Assembly: GCA_973895155.1 (NCBI GenBank)
Contig: OZ316893.1
Span: forward strand, 6,284,863-6,348,862
Length of the DNA: 64,000 nucleotides
Origin: Marsupella aquatica
Taxonomy: Eukaryota; Plantae; Marchantiophyta
Reading direction: 5' to 3'
Shown in pieces: positions 1-10,674 of this stretch; within the stretch, counting starts at the first letter, position 1, and each line of letters starts with the position of its first letter. A program made the position numbers and the translations under genes. The notes under the pieces are model-generated. The model had not been told where the DNA came from. It saw only the letters and a list, made by a program, of their open reading frames with translations, and did no database searches.

Positions 1-413
1 CTTCCGCCACACCCATTTAAATGGGCCTATACTTCGTCGCACGTGATGTGTCACTTCCGTGGAAGTGACCCCCCCGAGGGAAAATTGTGGCTTGTAATAA
101 TTCCGCATCTTTTGAATTGATTCCAACAAGGTCTCAGCTGGTTCTGTTTCAATCCTTGAAACAAGCCAAGGGTAAAAGAAGAGGATAATGTGTTTACTGA
201 GGGAGCCAGATCTTCATTTTCCTCGGTTATTAATTGTGGGTAAAATTCCATTATTTCATCACCCAAATATTGACCGGGTTTAAGTTGGCTCAATATTTTA
301 TTGTCCAAAAGAAACCCACTAGAAGGATTGTGTGAGAATCTATGCAGAACATGTTTCAATAAAAAATCCTCCTTTGGTTCCTGCAAAGACATTACTTTGT
401 GAAATAAGAACAT
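1..413 (-). pseudogene. Ulp1/SENP (peptidase C48)-like SUMO protease domain, N-terminal part; runs off the window start
   Basis: ORF 51..413 has LSQLKPGQYLGDEIMEFYPQLI...VNTLSSSF, matching the C48 opening motif (L.pg.wLnDeiinfy...ssfF). The catalytic H/D/C residues are not visible. Same strand as, and directly downstream of, the MTase fragment. Confidence 0.65.
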
Positions 414-492
414 AGTCCAATCATAATTTTCCTCAATATTTCACAAGTTTGGATCAATAGATACAACATGAGAGAACTAATGAAACTAAAGT

Positions 493-797
493 CTACACCT
501 CAAGGAATGAGCCAAGATCAAGTGTCGGAGCTTCATGTTCCACTTCATTCTCTTCATCCTCATCATTGTCGTTCTCCTCCGCGGTTGTAATGATGCAAGT
601 TCTAGTGGTGAGGGTGCTCGTAGTACCACCAATAGGTGGTTGAACCTCGAAGCTCATGGGTCCTGTACCCTCCTCTGTTGCTTCATCATTCAAGTCCCAC
701 GATTCATGCAACGTGACAATTCGGGTCCGGATACAATCCACTTGGCTTGAACTGAGCTCCACGGTTGTCACCGAACGTTTCTCTAACAAGGCAGCGC
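493..797 (-). pseudogene. C-terminal end of the beta-class DNA methyltransferase plus an acidic linker
   Basis: AALLEKRSVTTVELSSSQVDCIRTRI matches the post-motif-I segment Aa...gR..ig.El......i..R. It joins in frame to ...DLCARSGSTSC once 798-2040 and one GCGC copy are removed. Confidence 0.8.
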
Positions 798-1308
798 TGT
801 TCGGGTGACCATGTTTTCTGGCAAGAGCATGTTGGCTCTTTTGAAGTTAACCTTGCATGCTCATAAGTTCTACACTAAAATCAAAATGATAATTCTAGTA
901 ACAAGGGTAGTGGGTATTAAGAAAGGTTCAGGTGAAACTAAAATACTGTTAAACCCTACTGCACCATACTTGCGGACCAACACATCACAAAAATTAGTTT
1001 TCTTACGACATATGATCCTAATATCTCCAAGAGAAAATGAAACAGGAATATCATCCGGACTCCTATTCAGATCCATGACTTCAATAAAGGACAAAGATGA
1101 TGCACTCCCACTCCTCTCGGTACGACACTACTGGGTATATTATTGGCTTGTTAGAAACCATAATAGCAATTGCAAACTGAGCTCCAAAATGATAGGTTAG
1201 ATGTTGTCTCATAGATGGTTTGTCTAAAAGATGGACTCTAATCAAAAATGGATTACGAAGGGGAAGATCAGGGATAACTCTCTCTCCTGGATTCATGATG
1301 GCTCTCCT

Positions 1309-1513
1309 ATTCCTTTGCTATCCGGGCCAAAGGACGCCCCACCCCTATATTCCCAAAGAAACCTTATTCCCTAAGGTCCCATCTATAAGTCTACCACTCA
1401 TTCCTTTGCTATTCGGGCCAAAGGACGCCCCACCCCTATATTCCCAAAGAAACCTTATTCCCTAAAGTCCCATCTATAAGTCTACCACTCATTCCTTTGC
1501 TATTCGGGTCAAG
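1309..1513. repeat. ~2.2 tandem copies of a 91-bp unit
   Basis: ATTCCTTTGCTA recurs at 1309, 1400 and 1491 with near-identical sequence between. Confidence 0.9.
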
Positions 1514-1679
1514 GCACAAAAGAGCTTCACAACCTTGAATGATAAACACTGCGGAATGATGGGAGAGTGCCCCTCACCACTTTATTTATAGTGCACACCA
1601 AGAGGGCATGGATCAAGCCCAAGCACTTGGATGAAGGCCAAGTGTCAAACATCTAATACCTAAGAGTGTGCTAGTACTG

Positions 1680-1915
1680 TTCATAGTTGGTGAAACTACT
1701 TTTAGTAGGTGGAATTACCATGCGTTGGTGGAACTACTGTGCGTTGGTGTAACTACTATGCGTTGGTGGACCTACTATGCGTTGGTGGACCTACTGTGTG
1801 TTGGTAGAACTACTGTGCGTTGGTAAAACTATTGTAGTTGGTAGAACTACTGTGCGTTGGTGAATATTATTGTAGTTGGTAGAACTACTCATATGGATTG
1901 GTGGAACTACTATAG
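1680..1915. repeat. ~19-bp minisatellite (GCGTTGGTGGAACTACTGT), about 12 copies
   Basis: Directly visible tandem units. Confidence 0.9.
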
Positions 1916-2044
1916 TCCGTTAATATAGCTAAAGAAGTTTAATAAAGTCTAAATTTAATAATCTAACTACTAAATTAATTATATAATCTATAGCATATTA
2001 AAACAAACAATTTTTTATAACTTAAGAGAAAATCACGACAGCGC

Positions 2045-2849
2045 ATGAGGTCGAACCACTCCTCGCACATAAATCAGCAACCCAATCCCCTGCTTCACTA
2101 AAATATTGAATGAACCAATCTGCTAGAGCTATCGGCTTCTGGTAAGGGTTCACTATTTCCCCCAATGGAGTTACACATTTCTTTGTAACACAAGGGACTT
2201 TTATGATGTTTACCCTTTTCTCATCATGTTCAAAATTGTACATGTCTCTGGTCCTAATACCACTCTCGTGATAATATCCGATTGACCAGTTTTCAAAAGC
2301 CCAAGCCAATCGATTCCCCGAAGGATGAGCATGTACATTTGGCTTCTCCCAAATTCCAGCCTCTACACTTGCATTACAAGTTTTTCCCAGGGCATTCATC
2401 ACAGACCAAGTTTGTTGCAAAGAGTGAATCACAACAAACCTCCACATCTTTGAACTTGTCACCTTGGCAAAACACTTCACCATATCCACAATATCACTCT
2501 CTGAAAATGGGACCTCATCATTTTCGGAGCCAGGCGCATTGAATCCATAGGGAATGTCTGCAATTGCAAGTGTGTAATTCATTTTCTCTACAAACTTATC
2601 CAGCGCCCTGACATCTCCACAATGCAATGTATATCTGATGAAATTTCCATCAGTGTTTTTCCATCGATGGTCACTCGACTTTGCTTCAACCGTTTCAATC
2701 CCACGACGATGGTTGTAGTTCTCAATTGCTTCTTGAACATAATTCTTAAACCCCGGGGGAATAACACTCAAAGTCAGCTCCTCCGAAGGCTTCTCAACCG
2801 CATCGGCACCAATTGCATCCTTGTTCTTCTTCTTCGAAAAAGCTTTCAA
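2045..2849 (-). pseudogene. Beta-class N6-adenine/N4-cytosine DNA methyltransferase core (exon of the ParB-MTase gene)
   Basis: Motifs in beta order: LHCGDV; LAIADIPYG (motif IV, DPPY-like); IWEKPN; NPYQKPIAL (HPTQKP-like); GDWVADLCARSGST (motif I, FxGxG-like). The exon starts after the acceptor TTTGCAG. Confidence 0.9.
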
Positions 2850-3336
2850 CTGCAAACGCAAACTTGTTAAAGGAATCCAGAGAAAAGACAATGGGGAGAA
2901 CCATTTGGGCATTCAAACAATCAAATTTGGACGACGAATGCGACATGGGATACCCCGTATCCCACTTCGCATTCAACCAAGCAAAAACCCCATTCAAACA
3001 TCACCGTCGTCAAATAACCACAATTGAATCCGTGATGGGATACCCTGTATCCCACTTCGCATTCAACCAAGCAAAAACAACATTGAAACATCACCAACAT
3101 CAAATAAACACAAGTGAATCCGAGATGGGATATCGCGTATCCCACTTCGAATTCGACCAAGCAAAAACCACATTGATACATCACCAACGTCAAATAACCA
3201 TAAGTGAATCCGAGATGGGATACCGTGTATCCAACTTCGCATTCGACCAAGCAAAAACCTCATTGAAACATCACAAACGTCAAATAAACACAAGTGAATC
3301 CGAGAAAAGTCCAATCAATGGAAGGGGAGAACATAC
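2850..3336 (-). other. Predicted phase-0 spliceosomal intron holding palindrome array A
   Basis: Donor GTG|GTATGT at 3336 and acceptor TTTGCAG| at 2850. Splicing gives in-frame ...KLFDV|LKAFSKKK.... Confidence 0.75.
2936..3304. repeat. Palindrome array A: 4 full 90-bp units plus a partial; core GAATGCGA-NN-TGGGATAC-NNN-GTATCCCA-NN-TCGCATTC
   Basis: TGGGATA at 2946, 3036, 3126 and 3216 (exact 90-bp period). Confidence 0.95.
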
Positions 3337-3808
3337 CACATCGAACAACTTCCCACTCCATCTTTCGAGCTCGGCAGATTCTGTTTCTTTTGGAAATATT
3401 TGTTTGCAAGTCGCCCAGTCTGGCTGCCCTGATAACTGAACAAAAAGCTTGCTGATTTTCACAAGCTTCTTGTAACTCTCGGCTTCTTTTGCCATCTGCT
3501 CCAAAGAGATCATCCGGTCCTTCACTCGTAGAAGAAGGGACTCCAAAAATTGGTCGTGTTCAATTCCCTGGATTGCTCTCCAAGGTGACTGTCAGGGTAA
3601 GGCCCCCTGCAAGCTTATTCAAAGCTTTTGGAATCGACTGCGCTTTTCTTTTTTTCTTGAGTTTCTTGATCGGTGACTTCTGCTTATTCTGCCCTTTGAT
3701 CTCCAACTTGTTCCACATCTCAAAGATCTGGTCTTGGAGTTCCCAGACCTTACCCGACCTAAACGCAATTTGGAAGAGAGGTTCATGCTTCTTTAGGCTT
3801 GTGGCGTC
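3337..3808 (-). pseudogene. Central helical/basic region of the ParB-MTase gene (one frameshift)
   Basis: ATSLKKHEPLFQIAFRSGKVWELQDQIFEMW... then WRAIQGIEHDQFLESLLLRVKD...KLFDV. In frame with 8480+ after removing 3809-8479. Confidence 0.7.
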
Positions 3809-6800
3809 TGTGATGCCTAGACAGGAATCACTCGGCCAGTTAAGTGGGTAAAGCAGGAAGGCACCCTAGGAACACCTTAGTATAGGGACAAAACAAGGAA
3901 AATATAAACCATTAGGGGCAACCATGGAACCCGGGCCGAGGCCGGAGGTAAGGACGCTGAGGGTGAAAACTCGATTAGGGTTAGGGCGCGTTAAGCGTCG
4001 GCGGCTAGGAAGGATCAACGGGAAGAAGGACCGGCAGAGGAGAGGGGTAAGGAGCGCTTGCAGGAGATGGTGGCTCATTTGCGAGCACGAACTAGGTAGA
4101 TGACTACGGGAGGCCAACTACTGTCAGCTGCTTAGGCAAGCACTCGGGGAGAGAGTAGATACCGACGATCGACCTAAGGAGGGTATGAGCAACGTCAATC
4201 AAGCGGCACATTTCTGGGGATGCCTGTTCGAACGGGCAACTGAGTACATCAAGACTTACGAGGACGAGGAATCAGAAAGGGAAGCTCGAGAACGGCAGGA
4301 GCTCGCTCGATTGTGGGAGCTATAGAAGACGGCTTTCTTAGGAGGCGAACTCATCAAGGACGAGTTCCTGTGGACGCCTACTTCCAATCAACTCGACGAT
4401 CTTCTGTTTTGCAAAGACAGCGTCGTCGGCATCCGAGAGGCCATCAAGAACTGCAACGACATACACTGGGAATTAAAGGGTAGCACGGAAAGGTGGACCC
4501 AGGCAACGGTGCTAGGAGAAACCTCCACGGCAGCAGAGATGAAGAGGAAGGGAGCCGTCAACGATGAAGCCACCCCGGCAAAAAGAACGAGGTCGGCGGC
4601 ACCAAAGAAGCCAGCCGAGCAGCCGAGTAGCAGAGCAGGAGGCAGGGAGAAGCCGAAGAGGAGGAAGTCGATCCCATCAAGGCCATTCCAACCAGGGATG
4701 ACACCTGGAAGGGCTGGGCGGCAACCCTACCGGTGGAGGTGCAACTACATTTTGCACGGGAGGAGGATGCATGCTTCACGGCCATGCAGACCAAGAAGTA
4801 CCAAGGCTTCATGGCCGGATCCGGCTTAGAGGCCTTTGTAAGATTACCATGGCTGAAGCCGGAGGTACCGGAGTCAGACCTATTAGAATTCGTGGGGTCA
4901 TGGGAACCCGAGACCAATTGCACGAGGATATATGGGAAGGATTTCTATCTTACTCCCAAGGTAATTGCCGAAGTGTTTGGCTTGCCGATAGGCAATAAGA
5001 CCAAAGTTGATACTAGGAAGACCTTGCCTGACAAGGAGTTCCGGTCGTTCCCCGGGCCATCAACGAAGAATGGCTTCTTCCGGAACACCTGCACCAACCC
5101 GCACATAGGAGAGATGATCGACTTCTTGCGGGTGACCATGCATTGTAACTTGCCGAGGGCAGAGATCGGCAAGGCACAGGTCTATCTGGCAGAAAGGCCA
5201 GACCCAAGCCGGGACTACAACGGGTACCTCCTCAACCAATTGAAGAAGATCTTAAAGGAGGAGCAACAGGTAATCGGCATGGGGAGCGTGTCGCGGCTTG
5301 GCTATCACATGCCGCTGTTGTGCCGGTATGCCAGAGGTCAGACTTTTGCCCCGGTACTTCCCCTGCAGGTAAGGGCACCCGAGGAAGCTCCAACGCCGAG
5401 GCCGTTGGCTGAGAAGCCTCAACCACCTGTTAGCCCTACGATCGAGCAGGTGTTTAGGCCCAGGAAGGAGGACTTGCCGATGCAGCAACCAGGCATGCAG
5501 AGTCTGCTGAAACTACTGGAGAACGAAAAGAAATCGGCATCGGCAACAACAACGGCAACGGCAACAATGCAGGACACTACTACAGAGGTAGGCCTACACC
5601 GGCTCACAAGAGAAAACCCCTTTGCTGGAGACAAGGAGAGAATCAGGCCGGAATCCAAGCCCGGTGTTCGAATGTATGTGGGAATCTCAAGCTCCGAATC
5701 TGAGGCAGAATTGCCTGAAGCTCCTACCAACGAAGAGGAGAGGGAGAAGCCGGACGGCCAAGAAGTAGAGGAGGCAGTGGAGGACTGCAGCCATGATAAT
5801 TCCGGCTATGGGTCGGACCATCACGTCCCAGGAGTAAGGACCTGTGGCCGGTTTGTCCCCACACTTCCAAGGGTAGTGCGAGGGGACCCCAACCAGCAGA
5901 GTAGCCCTGAGTCTCCCCCACCAGATGTTGCTCCCTCGAGCTTCGACGGCATAAAATAGACGGTGCAGGAATTTCAGGAGCGAATCAAGCAGGAAGAGGA
6001 GGCAGCCCTGGCTAGGGAAAAGGATTTACCAGGAGGAGATTGGCCGGAGGACATCAGGCGGCTAGCCAAAAAAGGAAGCAAACCTCTAGCCACGATTGAA
6101 GAGATCCGCAAGACGGCTTGGGAGCAGAGGCCGCGATGGGCGATGCCGATTACTTCTACTTACTCCACCTACGCTAAGAATAGAGCCATGGAGTATGGTG
6201 AGATGTGTGGGGAACTTGCGCTCGGCATCTTTGGAGAGGAGTTGGAGGTAGGACCCTTTTTCCATAGGGAGTAGTTGGAGAAGCACCAATTAGAAGAAGC
6301 GGTGGCTTTAGAGAGAAGCAAGAAGGACGAGGTCATTCGGCGGCTTAGGAGGATGGAAGCCGAGATTGAAGATCTAAGGGCGGCCAAGAAAGCCCAAGAT
6401 GAACTGCGGATTAAACGACATGAGCTGAACATCATGCAGGGGCAGTTGGACACCGTGCAGGCTGATAATCAGAATATCAAGGATGAACTGACTCAGACGC
6501 AGGGAGAGTTGGCCGACACGATCAAAGAGAGGGAGAAGTGGAAGCAAGAGCTGAAGAATACAGAGGAGGCCCACATAACAGCCAACAGCCGGGCCATGGC
6601 GGAGACCCAAAGAAAGGAATGGGCGTTGAAGGGGGAGCTCGAGAAAATCCGCGGAGCCCTTGAGCAGAAGGAGGCCGAGTTAGGGAAATCCTATCAAGGG
6701 ATTATGGCGCTGCAGCAGGAGCTTGCGTCCCTGACGGCCAGCTTCAAGGCCGACCTGAGGGAGAAGGACGAGATGCTCGAACAGACTTACGCCAAGATGA

Positions 6801-8479
6801 ACCAGATGGAGTCTGTCATCATTGCAGAGCTCGACAAGGAGCTAAGAGCAACCCAGGAGGAGAGGACTACCTTGAAACAAGAACGGGAGGAAGCCCAGAA
6901 GGAACTAGAGGAGGCACGCAAGGACCTGGATGAGACCCAGGAGGAGTTGGAGGAAATCACGAGGAAGATGGAGAACCTCCAGCGGCGGGCCGACAACCAA
7001 ACGGAGCGGCTGAAGAAACAAGCCGCAGTATTTAAGTGCTTGTCTTCATCAGGCCCAACTCCAATTGGGGCAACCAAGTTACCAGGAGTGGTACTGGCCG
7101 AAGAAAAAGCCGCGCCACCTGCACCAGTGCCGGAAGTAAGTGGGAAGGGGAAGGGACCAGCTGCCAAACCAGAAAAGAAGAAGAAGCGGAAACCTTCAGG
7201 GTCAAGGAGTAATCCGACTCCACAAGCCGTGGTGACCAAGGAGGTAGAACCAGCACCATCCTCCGGCATGAATACGGCAATAGATCCCGCTATCATCACA
7301 GGTGGGGGTGGTGCGGCCCAAGCCGAACTACTCAGTAATGAGGCCGGTATCCCAGATCCGCCTCTTGAGCAGGCCGGGGAGACCCAAGTCGTGGCTGAGG
7401 CCGTAACCGGTTCTCGAGCCGATGCCGACGCCGATGGTGGACCCAGTCAGGCCGATGGAGAGTTGACTCAGTCAAGGGCAGGTAATCTGTCAGAGAATGA
7501 ACCTACGGCAGTGGCTGAGGAGGAAGCGTTGGGGGCGTCCATTAAGGATCCACCATCGGTGTCGTGACGGTGCAAGGGCGCCGTTCCTTTTAGGGAGGGC
7601 GGACGTGGAGGGAGGAGGCGTGAGTGGGCAGGGCGGGCGCTGATCTCCAAGTTTAGGATTAGGATCAGGACCATGAGCGGCCCTGACACTTAGCTTAGTG
7701 GGATTGCGGTTCCACTGGTAGGAGCAACACTTGTGCTCCTGCCTTGCTGTACATAGGTAGATTCGGGCAAGTAGATTACTATTAAGTAGATTAGGCTTAC
7801 GATGCAAAGAATGGCGGATCCACTACCAGGATAAGTACCTGGGCAGCGGGGAGCTCAGGGCCTCTTCTTTAGCAAGTTTTTAGTTTGCACCAGCCGGGCT
7901 GGGATCAAGTAGTACGAGAAGCTCTCGGTTAGTCATACAGTGACCCTTGTGTATATTCATGTTTCCTCATGCCTAAGAGTTGAATAGAGTTGGCCTCACG
8001 GCTTAGTTCGCAGAACTTGTGTATGAGATGTACTGTTTGTATGGCAAGTGCATGGTATGACTCAGTCAGAATGAGTCATTTTGCTATTTGTGTGTCGCAT
8101 TAACTTGTGTGAAGAGTGCCCACATCAACCAGAAGGAAGGAAAGTAAGCAGGGGAGTGAGAGTTGGATGTGTCGAGCTGAGAGAGGTCTTAGCGGCTTAA
8201 CCAAGCCTATTGGGGATCATTCCGGCGGCGGAATCCAAACATACCTAACAAGACGGAGGGGAAGACAGGGGAAGGCCTAGATTAGGCCGGCTACGTATCT
8301 CATGACCCGATGAAGGATCTGTCCAGTATATGTGTGTAAAATGTTAATAGTAGTAGTAGAAGGTTAGCAGCGTCCCATGCCGCTAAGCCGCGGAAACGGC
8401 CTCGCCAAGCGCGAAACCTACGGGAATCGGCTTGAGCTGGGGGGTTTCTTGGGTTTAGGGAGCCATGGGACGCACCACA
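3809..8479 (+). mobile_element. 4671-bp TG...CA element with a 5-bp TSD (giant solo-LTR-like, no pol)
   Basis: GCGTC at 3804-3808 and 8480-8484; termini TGTGATG and CACCACA. No terminal direct repeats and no RT or integrase motifs seen. Removal restores the host reading frame. Confidence 0.85.
3924..7567 (+). pseudogene. ~1200-codon disrupted ORF: plant-transposon (PMD/Athila-ORF1-like) domain plus a long coiled coil
   Basis: TATAAA near 3903, ATG at 3924. In-frame TAG stops at 5957 and 6272 link ORFs 4733-5959, 5963-6274 and 6275-7567. LLEFVGSW...FYLTPKVIAEVFGLP resembles LTR-retrotransposon accessory ORFs. About 250 aa of E/K/Q-rich heptads. Confidence 0.65.
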
Positions 8480-9290
8480 GCGTCCCTCAGAAAAAACCCG
8501 TTGAGGCAAACCTCCATCGCACACGCTTCTCTAGTCTCCTTGGTTTTTGCCATACCTCTAGCAAGGAAAATCTTATGCATTGTTCGGATTTGATCAATGT
8601 TGTTCATTTTTTCCTGTACTCCTGATCAATATTATGTTGGATGCTAAGTTTCTGAATGTCCTCCCTTGTGAGACCAGCATACACCCAAGCTTGGAGTTCA
8701 TTGAAGATCTCTCTCCCATAAGCCTGATACAATTCTCTCTTAGCCCGAGCACCGTGATTACCTCCAATCACTCGATATCTCTAGCTCGTTGCCTTTTCTG
8801 GGTCCCAGTCTGTCACTGTCGGCCAGTCTTCGCGGGAGTCTTCGGGGATCACAAACAAGACAAATGGCGTGGTGAAATTTGTTGGATTCATTTTCATCAA
8901 AGTCTTGATGTTCTCCACATGCAACTGATCTACTGTTCGAACCAACGTTGAGTTCTTTTCGTCAATATCGTCAACAAGAAGCAGGTTAGTTGTTTTCAGA
9001 ATAACAGTTGTCTTCTGAACTCTCTTGGTCTCCATCAACCGAGACACTTCTTCACGAACCACAAGTGTCTCTTCCCGCTGCAAAGCTGTGGTGATATCTG
9101 TTGAATCATTTTTCTTTTCTTTCACAGCACCCCTAGATGATAGAGAAGGCCCACCCGACGAAGTTGAAGGAATCTGAGACGATTTCTATGAAATTGTTGG
9201 GACCAAAGATGAGACAACACTTCTGGGTGCAGATGATGCGTGCTTCTGGATGTCATGTCGATCCAGTTTCTTCTTGCCAGCAGCTTCTCC
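8480..9290 (-). pseudogene. ParB/Sulfiredoxin-like domain of the ParB-MTase gene
   Basis: LVRTVDQLHVENIKTLMKMNP...PFVLFV...*RYRVIGGNHGARAKREL...AWVYAGLTREDIQKLSIQHN fits the ParB-N pattern R......v..l...m....P..v...y.vigGnHr..A...L...N. One stop at 8781 and one frameshift near 8607. Confidence 0.75.
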
Positions 9291-9928
9291 GGCCTCATTC
9301 ACAATTGGAGGACCCAAAAGGAACATCACACTCAAAAGTGACCATAGTTTATTATGCTTTTAGGATATCATTTTTAGGGTGTAATGAGATGATATAGAAA
9401 ATTTGATATACTATACTTAATAAACATCCTATAGGTTGGTAACATTCATTAAACTATCTAGCATTTGAGACTTTGAAGCTTTCCTTATATGTCCTTCAAA
9501 GATTGATAAAAGGACTTGTCACGCAACGGGTCACATCATTTCAGGACTCAAAAGGACTCTAAAAAATGCATTTTAGACAATAAAATTTTACCAAAGCATG
9601 CATACTAATAGCATAATCTTATATTTCAAAACTTAAATAGTGACACACACTAAACCTTTATGTACAGGACAAAAATAATCAGTAATTTTGGCTTATTTAG
9701 GGCCATCAATAACAGGATCCCTTAAAACAGTTGAAAACTTGATGTATCTACATGGTGAGGTAGGTTACACCATTAAAATAGTATTGTGAAAAAATTAGAC
9801 TTAAATGTCTTCAGATAAAATCATGATGAACCTTTTTCCATGTTACAAAAGTCATTTTTCACTAAAAAAACATGTTTTTGAGTCCTGAAAGTGGTTCCTA
9901 CGAGGTACACCCAATTGTGAATGAGGCC
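9291..9928. mobile_element. 638-bp MITE, copy 1
   Basis: 18-bp perfect TIR GGCCTCATTCACAATTGG; TSD CTCC at 9287-9290 and 9929-9932; AT-rich interior; near-identical to 11455-12091. Confidence 0.95.
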
Positions 9929-10625
9929 CTCCTGACACCGCTGCTTTAGAACCTTCCCCGGAGAGTTGATCTGCAAGCTTCCTTTTTGCCGGTTCCTTAA
10001 AAGAAACGGTGGCAGATTTCTCCTTTGTCGAGGGTGTTCCAGACATCTCCCCTGACTTCGAAGCCGGATCGGTAGGCTTCGTCACTTTCAACTTCAGAGG
10101 ACGCTCTTTGACGCCAAAGTTGGCTCCAACGACGGACCTATATGCTACCTTGGTAAAATCCTCAACAACCCTCCAAGACTTCAAGACAAATTTCAAACAC
10201 CAATAAGAAAAGTCATCAATCTCCGGCACTTCTGAAATTAGCTTGCAGATCGGGTCATCAGGAAATGTGTTCATCGAGACCCGATCGAGTTTCTCATAGT
10301 TGAGGACAACTACAGTGAAGGCATTGTTCGGAAGAATGCAAAGGTACATTGGAATCTTCTTCAGCTATTTGGTTTTTGTGTCGGTGATATCTGCCTCCCC
10401 AGTGTCCACGACTAATCCATAATGGCAATGGTCTTTACCCTTAACTATAACCAACCACACCGCTGGACCGTCATAGGCTCTATGAATATCCATCGCCCGG
10501 GCATCCCTGAAGTACCACCTATTCCTCACGAGTTTCTCCTCGGTGTAAAGGTCCTTCCAAATCTCATCGACGATAGACGTCCGTGAAGATTTGGTCGAAC
10601 CAGACGACTTTGATTTGTTCGACAT
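9929..10625 (-). pseudogene. N-terminal region of the ParB-MTase gene (unrecognised globular domain plus S/K-rich linker)
   Basis: ATG 10625 (MSNKSKSS) lies just after the acceptor TTTTACAG. One TAG stop at 10365. Continues in frame across the MITE into the ParB region. Confidence 0.7.
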
Positions 10626-10674
10626 GTTCCTGTAAAACATTGACACAGAACCAGGGCGTAAACATACAAAAGTA

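Larger units (their letters stand above)
798..2040. mobile_element. 1243-bp non-autonomous insertion with TGT...ACA termini and a 4-bp TSD (solo-LTR-like or Ginger-like)
   Basis: GCGC at 794-797 and 2041-2044; termini TGTTCGGG and CACGACA. Removal restores the MTase frame. Contains internal tandem repeats and a TATA-like TTTATTTATAG near 1580. Confidence 0.8.

Noticed and set aside
2022-2912. Stand-alone 296-aa methyltransferase gene, or bacterial contamination
   Set aside because: Its N-terminus is intronic and its stop lies inside the 798-2040 insert. Introns and plant transposons show it is integrated in the eukaryotic genome.
2813-3439. ORFs with repeated MGYPVSHFAF / WDTAYPISH peptides (also 10564-10925 and 13752-14108)
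   Set aside because: By-products of 90-bp palindromic repeats read in several frames on both strands; they lie in predicted introns.
6275-7567. SMC/myosin-like host gene
   Set aside because: Only a coiled coil with no ATPase motifs, and it lies within the TSD-bounded 4.7-kb element.
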